This document shows positions 23,069-34,469 of a DNA stretch of 64,000 nt, piece by piece. The position numbers were made by a program, and so were the translations under genes. The notes under the pieces are model-generated. The model made no database searches and had not been told where the DNA came from. It saw only the letters and a program-made list of their open reading frames with translations. Location: the NCBI GenBank assembly GCA_963727445.1, contig CAVSGI010000005.1, positions 32,001 through 96,000 of the forward strand. The letters are read 5' to 3'. The DNA comes from an uncultured delta proteobacterium (GTDB taxonomy: Bacteria > Myxococcota_A > Polyangia > Polyangiales > B10-G4). How positions within the stretch are numbered: position 1 is the stretch's first letter; each line of letters begins with the position of its first letter.

Positions 23069-23380
23069 ATGGGCAAGGCCAAGCGACAGGCGAAGAAGGA
23101 CCGCAAGAAGAACAAAGAGCTCGCGGAACAGGAGCGCCGGGCGATCGAGGCCCGCATCAAGCGGGGGCGCATGATCAACGCCGCCATCCCTTTGATCTTC
23201 CTGGCCCTCGCCGCCGGCGCCTATTGGGGCCTCGGCAATCCGAGCCTCGCCGGGGCGACGCTCCTCGGTGGTGCGCTGATCTGGCTCATGGTGGGGCTCG
23301 GCTTCATCGGCTCGCAGGTCTCGCCGCGCGATCGTGACCGCGCCGGTTCGATCGACTTCGGCAACAGCCGCCGGCGCTGA
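23069..23380 (+). CDS. Small two-TM membrane protein
   Basis: Basic N-terminus and two hydrophobic helices; TGCTATGCT extended -10 just upstream. Confidence 0.75.
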   Translation: MGKAKRQAKKDRKKNKELAEQERRAIEARIKRGRMINAAIPLIFLALAAGAYWGLGNPSLAGATLLGGALIWLMVGLGFIGSQVSPRDRDRAGSIDFGNSRRR

Positions 23381-23391
23381 GGACCGCTTCC

Positions 23392-23905
23392 ATGGCAGAG
23401 ACGGACGAGCGCTGGGATGCGGTCGAGGAAGGCGTCGAGCTCTTGCGCGAGGGCTCGGTGGACGATGCCATCGCCGAGCTGACGGCGGTGATCGCGCGCG
23501 ACCCCGACAACGAGTACGCCTATCACTACCTCGGCGCTGCCTACTTCGAGCGGCAGGAGCTGGAGCGTTCGCTGAAGGCCTACCTGACGGCGATCGAGAA
23601 GAGCCCGGGCTACCTCGGCGCGATGGTCGGCGCCGGTCACACGCTGCGTCTGATGGGCGAGCTCGAGCGCGCGATCCGCATGGGCAAGCAGGCGTTGGTG
23701 AAGCGCAAGGAAGACCAGGACGCGCTCTACCTCCTCGGCCTCGCGCACTATCAACGCGGTGACAAGGCCGCTGCTGCCGACTATCTCGAGCGCTTCATCC
23801 TCACGAATCCCGAGATGGAGCCCAGGACCGAGGCTCAGGGGCTGTTGCAGGTCCTCCGTGGCGAGGTGCTACCTTTGAACACGGAAGGGCCCCAGGATTC
23901 GATCC

Positions 23906-23913
<8 letters not shown>
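23392..23913 (+). CDS. TPR protein
   Basis: [10 protein letters not shown] and [10 protein letters not shown] repeats. Confidence 0.85.
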
Positions 23914-25637
<1,724 letters not shown>

Positions 25638-25643
25638 GCCGCT

Positions 25644-26865
25644 TCATGGCGGGCGGGCGCGCTCGGCGCGCGAACCCGTGATCCGGGACACGGGAACGAG
25701 GAGCGCCAGATACGCGACGCTGATCGCCGCGGCGCCGCCGAAGACCCCGCCGTAGCCCCAGGCGTCGGCGATGGCGCCCGAAGCCCAGGCGCCGGGGGAC
25801 TTGCCGAAGACCTCCACGACGGCGAGCGCCGTGTAGTGGGTGCCGCCGATGCGCTTGTCGACCTGGCTCATCATGAAGGCGAACATCGCCGTGGTGAGCG
25901 CCCCGCCGAAGAAGTGCTCGGCGCAGGTCACGGCGATCACCTGGGACGCGGTGGGCTCCTGGTAGACGAGCCAGAGCTCCCCGAAGACCGGGACGGCGCG
26001 GAGCACGGCGGCGATGCCGATGGCGCGCACGAGCGGCGCCCGGCTCGCCAGGATGCCGCCGGCGAAGGAGCCCGCGACGGAGAAGACCATCCCCCAGGTG
26101 CCGACCCAGAGGCCGATCTCGATCGGGGCCGAAGCCGCGGTCGACGAGGAAGGGCTTGAACATCGCGTCCGCCATCGCTTCGCCGAGCTTGTAGGTGGCG
26201 ATGAAGGCCAGCGCCCAGAGCGCGCCCGGCTTCTTCAGCCAGCGGACGAGAGCCTGACCCACCTCGCGGAGCGCCGGGGCTTCCATCACGGTCGACGCGG
26301 GCTCGCGAAAGGGGAGGGTGGCGAGGAGGACCACCAGGGTGAGGGCGGCCATCACGGCGAAGACGCCGGCGTAGCCGACGGTGGCGCTCGCCCAGAGCAG
26401 CAGCCCGCCGCCGGTGAGCATGCCGAGCTTGTAGCCGACGACCTGGGCGATGTTGCCGAGGCCGAGCTCCTGGGCGGAGAGGAGCGAGACGGCGAGCCCG
26501 TCCACCGCGATGTCCATCGTCGCGGCGAAGAGGTTCATCAGGAGCACGAGGACCAGGAGCAGGCTGAGATCGCGATCCGGCGTCAGGAGCGCAGCCGCCC
26601 CCGCCGAGAGCGCCAACAGGATCTGCATCGGGACGATCCAGCTGCGCCTTCGCCCCCAGCGGGCCGAGCCGTAGCGGTCGACGGCGGGCGCCCAGAGGAT
26701 CTTGAGCATCCACGGTAGGGCCAATGCGCTGGCCAGGCCGATCCCCGTGAGCGAGACGCCCTGTTCACGGAGCAGCACGGGCAGGGCCGTCGCCTGGAAG
26801 CCGAAGGGCAGGCCCTGGACGAAATAGAGCAGCGACAGCCAGTAGAGTTTCGGTCCCCGCTCCAT
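25644..26865 (-). CDS. AmpG/RhtX-like MFS transporter (+1 frameshift at ~26121)
   Basis: [41 protein letters not shown]. Confidence 0.88.
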
Positions 26866-26886
26866 TGCCCGCTACACTAGCGCGCC

Positions 26887-27606
26887 GTGAGACAGGAGAT
26901 GGAAGAAGCGTTCGAGGTCGTCATCGGCGGCTTCGGGGAGGCGCGGGTGATGCTCACCTGCGAGCACGCGAGCGAGCGCTTCCCCCCGGGCTTTCGCTGG
27001 CACCCCGAGGATGTTTGGCTGCGAGGCACCCACTGGTCCCACGACATCGGCGCCGCCAACTTCACGCGCGAGCTCGCCGACCGTTGGGGCGCGACGGGCG
27101 TCCTGAGCCGCTTCAGCCGGTTGCTCGCGGACCCCAACCGACCCGAGGGCCATCCCGACCTCTTCCGCACGACGGCCGAAGGGCGGCCGATTCGCATGAA
27201 CCAGGACCTGTCCCCCGAGGAGCAGGAGCGCCGCCTCGACGCCCTGCATCGCGCTTACCACGGCGAGGTCCATCGACGGATCGAGAAGTCGCCCGCGGAG
27301 ATCCTCTTCGCCATCCACTCGTACACGCCCGTCTACGAGGGCGAGCGGCGGGCGCTCGAGGTCGGGGTGCTCTTCGACATCGAGGAGGACCTGGCCCGCC
27401 ACGTGATGGCCCGCATCGCCCGCCTCGGCGTCCACACCGCTCTCAACGAGCCCTATTCGGGCAAGGAGGGGCTCATCTATTCGGCAGACCGTCACGCCCG
27501 GCAGAACGCCAAGCAGGCCGTCGAGATCGAAGTGCGCCAGGACCTCCTCGTCGATCCCGCTTTTCGCGAGCGGCTCGCGGACGCGCTCACCGACGCGTTC
27601 TTCTAG
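26887..27606 (+). CDS. N-formylglutamate amidohydrolase family protein
   Basis: LTCEHAS, HDIGA, SRLLADPNR, HSYTP, NEPYSG, EIEVRQD. Confidence 0.88.
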   Translation: MRQEMEEAFEVVIGGFGEARVMLTCEHASERFPPGFRWHPEDVWLRGTHWSHDIGAANFTRELADRWGATGVLSRFSRLLADPNRPEGHPDLFRTTAEGRPIRMNQDLSPEEQERRLDALHRAYHGEVHRRIEKSPAEILFAIHSYTPVYEGERRALEVGVLFDIEEDLARHVMARIARLGVHTALNEPYSGKEGLIYSADRHARQNAKQAVEIEVRQDLLVDPAFRERLADALTDAFF

Positions 27607-27856
27607 CCGCCCTCCGCCGTTCCAAGGCCAAATGGGCCTGAGTCCTCCCCCTGGGCCCATCCGCTAGCTGGTGGCGGTATCCCCGATGATCCCTGGTTTT
27701 GGGACGCGTGGGGGGGCGACGGATCGCCCCCTCGCAGCTGGGTCCCCCGGCATGTCTCGGCGAAGTCCGGGCTTTTTGATCGACGTCGGAAAAAGGTCGC
27801 CGAGCGCTGGGCAAATCCCTTCGCGCCCGATCGCTCACGTGCGAGGTTCCACCTCG

Positions 27857-28261
27857 ATGTCGACCGACGATACGCGGAGTGGGGCGCGGACAGTTCTGAT
27901 CGTCGACGACGATCCGGACATTCGCCGTGCCCTCGCCCGCATCCTGAAGAGTGAGGGCCATTCGGTCCTCCAAGCCGAAGACGGTCATAGCGCCGTCACC
28001 CAGACCCTGAGCCATCGCCCGGCGCTCCTGGTCATCGACTACATGATGCCGGGCATGGACGGGGAGATGGTGCTCGATGCGCTCCGGCGCGAGCTCCACG
28101 ACGACACGCCGCCGGCGGTCCTGATGACCGCTTGCGGCTTTCAACAAGAGCGCGCCGCCGAGATCGGCGCCGTCCACGGGCTGCAAAAGCCCTTTCGGGT
28201 CCCCGAGCTCCTGCGGCTCGTGGACCACTACCTGAACGACAGACTCGACAAGGCCAGCTAG
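27857..28261 (+). CDS. Single-domain response regulator (CheY-like)
   Basis: LIVDDD, IDYMMPGMDG, MTA, QKPF. Confidence 0.9.
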   Translation: MSTDDTRSGARTVLIVDDDPDIRRALARILKSEGHSVLQAEDGHSAVTQTLSHRPALLVIDYMMPGMDGEMVLDALRRELHDDTPPAVLMTACGFQQERAAEIGAVHGLQKPFRVPELLRLVDHYLNDRLDKAS

Positions 28262-28264
28262 GCC

Positions 28265-28375
28265 GAATCCGTACCGACAGGCTTCCCGGCGCCAGCCGTC
28301 CCGTGGCAGCCGGGGCGACCTCCTAGACGAATCAACCTCCCTGAGACATGCCGGGGAGCCTGTCGGTGCGGATTC
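28265..28375 (+). other. Long intergenic stem-loop (26-bp stem); candidate structured RNA or repeat element
   Basis: gaatccgtaccgacaggcttcccggc (28265-28290) pairs with gccggggagcctgtcggtgcggattc (28350-28375); the only two non-Watson-Crick positions are U.G. Confidence 0.7.
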
Positions 28376-28424
28376 ACCAGTCCCGAAGTACGAGCCGTTC
28401 GCGCCCGCCTGCTAAGCTGAAGGC

Positions 28425-28823
28425 GTGAAGTCCCTCCTCGCCCCGACGGCCGCGCACCTCTTTGCGCTCCTCCTCGCCGCTTGCGGTGGTGATGACGGCT
28501 CGGGCGTGTGCATGGAGGGCGAGCGCAGCCTGACAATCCTCGAGCCGGCCGACGGCGCGATGTTCACCATGGCCGACGACATCGATCCGTCCTCGCCGAA
28601 CGTTCAGATCCAGGTCACGGTGCAGAGCTGCGGCTTCGAGCCCGACGAGGAGGTCGGCGTCTATCTGCTCGACCCCGTCGAGACGCCCTACGCCTACATC
28701 ACGACGATGACTGGCACCGACTCCTCCATCATCCCGCTGGTCCCCGGCATGCTGCGCATGGAGGCCCGGAGCATGGACGAGACGGTGCGAAGCCCGACGA
28801 TCACGATCGACGTGACGTTCTAG
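28425..28823 (+). CDS. Small lipoprotein, Ig-like beta fold likely
   Basis: Lipobox LLAAC; LTILEPADGA; beta-strand pattern. Confidence 0.75.
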   Translation: MKSLLAPTAAHLFALLLAACGGDDGSGVCMEGERSLTILEPADGAMFTMADDIDPSSPNVQIQVTVQSCGFEPDEEVGVYLLDPVETPYAYITTMTGTDSSIIPLVPGMLRMEARSMDETVRSPTITIDVTF

Positions 28824-28950
28824 CGCCACCGAAGCGAGCAGCGGCGTCGCCGCCGCGGTCGCGACCACCGCGGTGATCGGGGTCAGCGTGTTCGTCCTCT
28901 TCAGGCGTGCCTCCTGGAGACCGTAGCCCAACTTCGCTAGATTGCCGCGC

Positions 28951-30303
28951 ATGTCGACTCAGCAGCCGTACGTCGCGGTCCGCGCAACCGTGCGCTTCAT
29001 GGTTTACGGTCAGAACCCTGCCCAGAGGCAGGAGTTGGAGCTCTGGGTGTTGAAGGTCCCGCCCGAGTGGATCGTGGGCGTATCCCCGGGAGCGAGCTCC
29101 CCCGCGCTCACGCAGCGCTGCGGCGGCGCCGTCTCTGCGCAGTATCAGCGCGAGCAACGAGAGGCCTTCGAACGCGCCAAAGCGACGCTGGCCCAGGGCG
29201 GCGAATTCGACGCGGGCCACTACCGTATGGAGGGCGCGAGCATCTGGCTCATCCACCCGGACGAGCTCGAACGCCGGCCCTGGAAGGGCGCCCACCGCTT
29301 CCTCTTCGTCGTGGACGCCGCGGGCGAGATGCGCCGCGGCACCGAAGCCGATGAGCCCCAGCTGCGCGCGCTCTCCGCGTTCGAAGAGTCTGCATTCGCT
29401 GGTTTTCGCGCCGAGGAGCTGCAGTCGTGGGCGGACTCCGCCCGCGCCTACGAGGAGGCGCGCACTCGAGCGAGAGCCGAGTTCGCTGGCAGCTATAGAG
29501 ACCCCTCGACGTCCGTCAGCTCGCAGGTGGATCCGACACTCCTCGCCGATGTCTACGCCGGCCTGGTTCGCGCCAATGCGAAGATGCGTCGCCTCGAGGA
29601 AGCCGCCGAGCTCGCCGCCGAAGCGGTCTCTGAGCTCGACGCGCTCGGCGCTCCTGCCGACCGTATCGCCATGGTGCACGTCCGCATGGGCGAAGGTCAG
29701 CTGGAAGCGAACAACCCCGCCGAAGCGGCAGAGGCCTACGCACGCGCCATCCCCCTCTTCCCCGATGGAGATCCCCGCATCTTCGATCTCTCGATGGCGG
29801 TGGGCCTCGCCCATCTACGCGTCGGCGACTTCGCCGCCGCCTGTGCGCCCCTACGAACGGCTGTCGATGGCCTCGCCAGGCTCCCTCCGGAGCGCCGCCG
29901 GAGCTTTGGTGAAGCGCAGAACAACCTCGCGCTGGCTCTGGAGCACGAAGGTCAGCTCGAAGACGCCGAGCGCTACGTCCGCGGCGCCATCGAGACGCAC
30001 GGCCAGAGTCCCGGCGCAGAAGGCAAGATACTCGACTCACGAATCACTCTGGCGCGCATCCTCGCCCGCCGCGGCGCGACCGACGAGGCGCGCAGCATTC
30101 TCGCAGCAGCGAAGCCGCGCGTCCTCCCCGGGAGCATCGCCGACGGCCTCGTGAGCTGGGCCTGCGCGCTCGTCGAGGACGTCACCACCGGCGACACCCT
30201 GTCGACCCTCGCGTACATCCAGCGCGCCCAGGAGCTCATCGCAGCAGAGCCGGCGTGGAAGGGCTGGGTCGACGAGGACGCTGCCCGTCTGATGCCCAGC
30301 TGA
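28951..30303 (+). CDS. Unknown N-terminal domain + TPR protein
   Basis: C-terminal TPRs (EAQNNLALALEHEGQLEDAE); no signal peptide. Confidence 0.7.
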   Translation: MSTQQPYVAVRATVRFMVYGQNPAQRQELELWVLKVPPEWIVGVSPGASSPALTQRCGGAVSAQYQREQREAFERAKATLAQGGEFDAGHYRMEGASIWLIHPDELERRPWKGAHRFLFVVDAAGEMRRGTEADEPQLRALSAFEESAFAGFRAEELQSWADSARAYEEARTRARAEFAGSYRDPSTSVSSQVDPTLLADVYAGLVRANAKMRRLEEAAELAAEAVSELDALGAPADRIAMVHVRMGEGQLEANNPAEAAEAYARAIPLFPDGDPRIFDLSMAVGLAHLRVGDFAAACAPLRTAVDGLARLPPERRRSFGEAQNNLALALEHEGQLEDAERYVRGAIETHGQSPGAEGKILDSRITLARILARRGATDEARSILAAAKPRVLPGSIADGLVSWACALVEDVTTGDTLSTLAYIQRAQELIAAEPAWKGWVDEDAARLMPS

Positions 30304-30351
30304 ATGAACGACCACGATTCTGGAACCGTCCCACAATCGTGGTCGTTCATT
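30303..30351. terminator. Perfect 17-bp inverted repeat between convergent genes; probable bidirectional terminator
   Basis: aatgaacgaccacgatt (30303-30319) and aatcgtggtcgttcatt (30335-30351). Confidence 0.65.
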
Positions 30352-31550
30352 TAGCGCGCTCCCTGGCCGACCCAGGTGTAGATCACGCGGATCTGCTGGG
30401 TGGTGAGCGGGGGTAGTCCGAGGGGCATCCCGACCGGGCCTTCGTCGCCGGACGAACGGAGCGCGGGCGTCAGTGGGTCGTGCATGGGCGCGACGATGTC
30501 GCGGCGCGCTTCGTCGTGACGCGCGAGGAGGCGGGCGATGAGCGGCGGAACGCCGTCGGGCCCGGGCTCGAGAATCGAGCGGTGCTCGCCACTCGCGGTG
30601 GTGATTCCTGTCTGTACGCCTTCCCATGAGGACAGATCGAGGGAGAAAGCCTCGAAGCCGAGGGCTGCGGTCGCGCCCGCCCCGCTCGCGTGAGAGTGGC
30701 AGTGGATACAGCTCTGGCCGAAGATCGCACGCACCTCGGCGAAGGACACGGGCCTCTCGAGAGGCGTGAGGTCGCCGATGCTCGGCGCTGAAGGCGCGCG
30801 CACGGGGCGTCCGGGCTCGGCGAGCAGGACATAGTCGCGGACAGCCAACGCGTCGTCGGCGCTGATCTCCGGGGTCGGCATGTGCGCGGAGGGAGCGACC
30901 GAGCCGGGATCGGTGATCCACGCGAGCATCGTGTCCGGGCTCATGCGTTCGCGCGCGTAGCGGAGATTCGGCGCCAGCGTGGCGGCATCGCCCAGTCCCA
31001 CGAGGGCGGCGTGGGGCAGCTCGTACTCCGCGGGCACGTTGCCGAAGGCATGGCAGCCCACGCAGCCCGCGTCGGCGAAGACGCGCTCCCCGCGCGCGAA
31101 GCGAGCGCGGCTCGGCGCAGGCGATGGAGGCGCGCGGAATGTCCCTCCCTCCCGCTTCAGGAACGCCACGATGTCCCGCGCGGTCTGGCGATCGATCGGG
31201 AGGCGCGGCATCGACTCCTCGAGGCGGTGTCGAACGTCGTGCGGATCCATCAGAAAGCGAACGAGATACGCCTCGTCGAGGCGACGGGTGACATGGAGCA
31301 GGGAAGGCGTGGCGAGGAGATGAACGACCTCGGGCGAACGTCCGAAGTGCGCCGCCGCGCGGCGCTGAACGTCCTGGTGGCACCCGACACAGCCCCCGTC
31401 GCTACGCTCGGCGACCGCGGGCACGGCGTGGCAGTTGACGCAGCCGAAGCGCTCGACCGCACGCCGGCCGGCCTCGGCGTCCTGGGCACGCGCCGAGGGC
31501 GAAGCGGTGAGGCACGCGGCCACCAGGGCCAGGCCGAACAGGCCTCTCAT
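30351..31550 (-). CDS. Exported four-heme c-type cytochrome
   Basis: Signal peptide; CVNCH, CVGCH, CVGCH, CIHCH; distal Met candidates ESMP, AHMP, GMP. Confidence 0.88.
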   Translation of the reverse strand: MRGLFGLALVAACLTASPSARAQDAEAGRRAVERFGCVNCHAVPAVAERSDGGCVGCHQDVQRRAAAHFGRSPEVVHLLATPSLLHVTRRLDEAYLVRFLMDPHDVRHRLEESMPRLPIDRQTARDIVAFLKREGGTFRAPPSPAPSRARFARGERVFADAGCVGCHAFGNVPAEYELPHAALVGLGDAATLAPNLRYARERMSPDTMLAWITDPGSVAPSAHMPTPEISADDALAVRDYVLLAEPGRPVRAPSAPSIGDLTPLERPVSFAEVRAIFGQSCIHCHSHASGAGATAALGFEAFSLDLSSWEGVQTGITTASGEHRSILEPGPDGVPPLIARLLARHDEARRDIVAPMHDPLTPALRSSGDEGPVGMPLGLPPLTTQQIRVIYTWVGQGAR

Positions 31551-32242
31551 CACGCGGTCTCGTCGCTGCCGTCTTCGGCGCCTCGTCGCGCGTCCGCCGT
31601 CTCCACCGAAGCATCGATCTGGAAGAGCTCTTCGTAGTAGCGGACGGCGTCCACCTGGTACTCCGAGAGCTCGCCGCGAAGCCGGGCGGTCTCGGCTCGC
31701 CCCTTCTCCCGGGTCTCGGCGTCGCGTCCGGCGGCCGCGAGGACGACGTTGGCGATGTAGCAATGCGTCGCATTCCCGGTCTCGGTCGCGCACTGTGCGT
31801 CGATGAACTGCGTGGCGGCTTCGAGGGCGCGCCGACGGTCGCCCCGCTCGGCGAGGGCCACGGCGAGACCCAGGCGAGCGCCGTTCTCATCGGCGTATTC
31901 GGGCGCTGCGGCGATCGCGCGGCTGAAGTTCACGGCGGCGTGACGGCTGTCGCCCAGGCGCATCTGCGTCTGTCCCAGAAGGATCAAGTACGCGGGACGG
32001 CTGTCCCGGTAGTAGTCGTGCGAGGAGAGCGCGTTCACGAGGACGTCACGGGCATCGGCGAAGTCCTCCTCGTCGAAGAGCATGTAAGCCTCGTCGTAGG
32101 GCGTCTCTTCTCCTCCACAGAACTCCTCGCCGAAGTCCTCCTCGTCGTAGTAGTCGTCTTCGGTGTCGTCCGACGCGGCGGCCGGCGCGGCCGTGGCGAT
32201 GATGGCGAGGCCGAAAAGGGCGAGCAGAAGCTTGTGGTGCAT
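31550..32242 (-). CDS. Exported TPR protein with acidic N-terminus
   Basis: Signal peptide, DDTEDDYYDEEDFGEEFC, TPRs; AGGAGGAGG RBS; TGATG coupling to the cytochrome gene. Confidence 0.82.
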   Translation of the reverse strand: MHHKLLLALFGLAIIATAAPAAASDDTEDDYYDEEDFGEEFCGGEETPYDEAYMLFDEEDFADARDVLVNALSSHDYYRDSRPAYLILLGQTQMRLGDSRHAAVNFSRAIAAAPEYADENGARLGLAVALAERGDRRRALEAATQFIDAQCATETGNATHCYIANVVLAAAGRDAETREKGRAETARLRGELSEYQVDAVRYYEELFQIDASVETADARRGAEDGSDETA

Positions 32243-32280
32243 CGAGAGTCCTCCTCCTGAGTGTTCGAGCTCGGAGGAAG

Positions 32281-32297
32281 AGCAGCGCCCGTGCCGG
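32281..32297 (-). promoter_or_regulatory. Sigma54 (-24/-12) promoter
   Basis: Minus strand CCGGCACGGGCGCTGCT has GG-N10-GC spacing; adjacent AT-rich tract ttttttcaacgat (IHF-like). Confidence 0.65.
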
Positions 32298-32396
32298 CGC
32301 GTTTTTTCAACGATCTCCGGGGATCGCGGGCGGCGCGGCGTCAGCCCTGCCGCGCGGCGCGTGTCACAGAGGACGCGATCGCTGGCGCTCGGCGCT

Positions 32397-34463
32397 TCAG
32401 TTCTCGACGACGCGGATGCTCGTGCGGGGCGCGGCTTCGATGTGAAGGCGCGTCTCGAGCGGCTCGCCGAGCGGGTGCGGGAACGTCAGCTCGTAGGCCA
32501 TCGCCCGATTCAGGCAACTGTCGATCGCGTAGGGCGTCCCGTTGGGCAGCCGCAGGGTGTGGGCGAGGAGATGTTGCCAGATCAACGTGCCCTCCCACGG
32601 TCCCCGGCTCGGAAGCGCGCCCGCGTTCTCGAGACAGCGGCTGAGGAAAGCGGTGCGCGGCGCCAGCGTGCGCTGTAGCTGCGCGGCGCGCACGTCGCCC
32701 GAGACGACGGTGAGGGTGACGCTGAGATGCGGCGCCGTCAGCGTCCGTGAAGACCACGACGTCGCATCGACCACGCGCACCGTCCCAGGTCCGTCGATGA
32801 CGGCCGCGCGCAAGTGAACGTCGAACGACCAGCCGTCGCCGGTCGGCCGTTGACGGATCACACCGTTCAGCGCCGACCGGCACTGGTCGAGCGCCGCGGG
32901 CAAGGCCGGCTGATAGTGGGAGGAGAGCTGGGCACCGTGCGGCCGGTAACTGACCAGGCCGTCGTACGCGACGCCTGGCCGGTGGACATTTTGCTCGACG
33001 CAGAAAGCGAGGCGCCGCCCCTTTTCGAGCAGACGTTGGCGGAAGCGACTCGGCGGCACCGGGCTCTCGCGCACCTCAATCGTGATATCCACGGGATAGC
33101 CCATCGACGCGCTCTCGGGCTCCCCCTCCTCGGGTGCGACCTCGATCGCCCCGGCCGCAGCCTGGCGATGTGGCGCGACGGGTTGGGAAGCACGCTCGAG
33201 CGGCGCCTCCTCGCCGGCGCCGCTGTCGGCAGGTGCGGGGTCGGCCGCCCTCGCATCGACCACCAGAGCAACCGGCTGAACCTGCGCGATGGACGGCGCC
33301 GCGGCCGGCGACTCGGACGAAGGGGTGGGCGAGGACGCATGCATCATCAGCACCGTCACCGCGCTGCCGATGCCAGCCAGCGACACGAGGAGCAGGGCCA
33401 TCACGAGCCTCGTGCGACCGGATCGTTCAGGAGCGTCGGTCTCTTCGGGCTTGGCGTCGGTGACAGCGTCGGGGGGTGGGACGCGCGGCTTTGCTGCCGG
33501 CATGGGCCGCGTCCGCGGTTTCGGCGCGTCCAGAATGGGATCGGGGGCGAGGGCGAGGGTTTGAAGCGTCTCGGGCGGGCGCCACGGCTCGATGTCCTTC
33601 CCCTTGGAATCGTCGAGAGGCGCGAGGGCTGCGTCGAGCTCCGCCGGCGTCTGGTAGCGCTGGTCGGGTTCGGGCTCGAGGCACCGCTCGATCACCTCGA
33701 CCACGGGTCCGAGGTCGCGTCGCGTCTCGGTGAGCCGCGTTCGCTCGTAAGCCAAAAGGCGCGGGAGCACGTCGTGGGCAGGTCCGCGGCCGAAGGGGGG
33801 CTCGCCCGTGACGAGGGCGTGCATGATCGCGCCGATCGCGTAGATGTCGGTGCGGATGTCGACGTCCTCTGCGAACGCCTGCTCCGGTGACATGTAGGTC
33901 GGCGTTCCGACGGCCAGCCCAGTCGCCGTGAGCTTTTCGTAGGTCCGGGTGTCGATGAAGCGCGCCAATCCGAAGTCGACCACCTTGGCGTGGAGTCGCC
34001 CGCCGTTGTCGCGCACGAGCACGTTCCCCGGCTTGAGGTCGCGGTGCACGATGCCGACCTCGTACGCGCCGCCGATCCCCGAGACGATCTGACGGACGAG
34101 GGCGACGGCCTCTGGCACCGGGAGGGTCCCGCGCTCGCGCATGTACGAAGACAAGGTCTGCCCTCGGATCAGCTCCATCGCAATCCACGGCGTGCCGTCC
34201 GGCTCGACGCCGGTGGTCAGCGTGTCGACCACGTGGGGATGCGCGATGAGCCCCGCCACCTCGGCCTCACGCCGAAAGCGCTGCAGGTGCTGCGCTTCCC
34301 CCGACAGCTCGGGGAGCAACACCTTGATCGCCACCTCCTGGGCGGACGCGCGATCGCGCGCGAGGAACACGGCGCCCATCCCGCCCTGTCCGAGCGGGCG
34401 CTCGATCGAGAACCGCCCGTCACCGACGGTTCGGTTCAGCCACTCTGCCCGAGCGCGCGTCAC
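32397..34463 (-). CDS. Membrane Ser/Thr protein kinase with extracytoplasmic Cys-containing C-terminus
   Basis: GQGGMGAV, VAIK, HRDLKPGN, DFG, GTPTYMSPE, one TM. Confidence 0.92.
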   Translation of the reverse strand: MTRARAEWLNRTVGDGRFSIERPLGQGGMGAVFLARDRASAQEVAIKVLLPELSGEAQHLQRFRREAEVAGLIAHPHVVDTLTTGVEPDGTPWIAMELIRGQTLSSYMRERGTLPVPEAVALVRQIVSGIGGAYEVGIVHRDLKPGNVLVRDNGGRLHAKVVDFGLARFIDTRTYEKLTATGLAVGTPTYMSPEQAFAEDVDIRTDIYAIGAIMHALVTGEPPFGRGPAHDVLPRLLAYERTRLTETRRDLGPVVEVIERCLEPEPDQRYQTPAELDAALAPLDDSKGKDIEPWRPPETLQTLALAPDPILDAPKPRTRPMPAAKPRVPPPDAVTDAKPEETDAPERSGRTRLVMALLLVSLAGIGSAVTVLMMHASSPTPSSESPAAAPSIAQVQPVALVVDARAADPAPADSGAGEEAPLERASQPVAPHRQAAAGAIEVAPEEGEPESASMGYPVDITIEVRESPVPPSRFRQRLLEKGRRLAFCVEQNVHRPGVAYDGLVSYRPHGAQLSSHYQPALPAALDQCRSALNGVIRQRPTGDGWSFDVHLRAAVIDGPGTVRVVDATSWSSRTLTAPHLSVTLTVVSGDVRAAQLQRTLAPRTAFLSRCLENAGALPSRGPWEGTLIWQHLLAHTLRLPNGTPYAIDSCLNRAMAYELTFPHPLGEPLETRLHIEAAPRTSIRVVEN

Positions 34464-34469
34464 GCCGGG

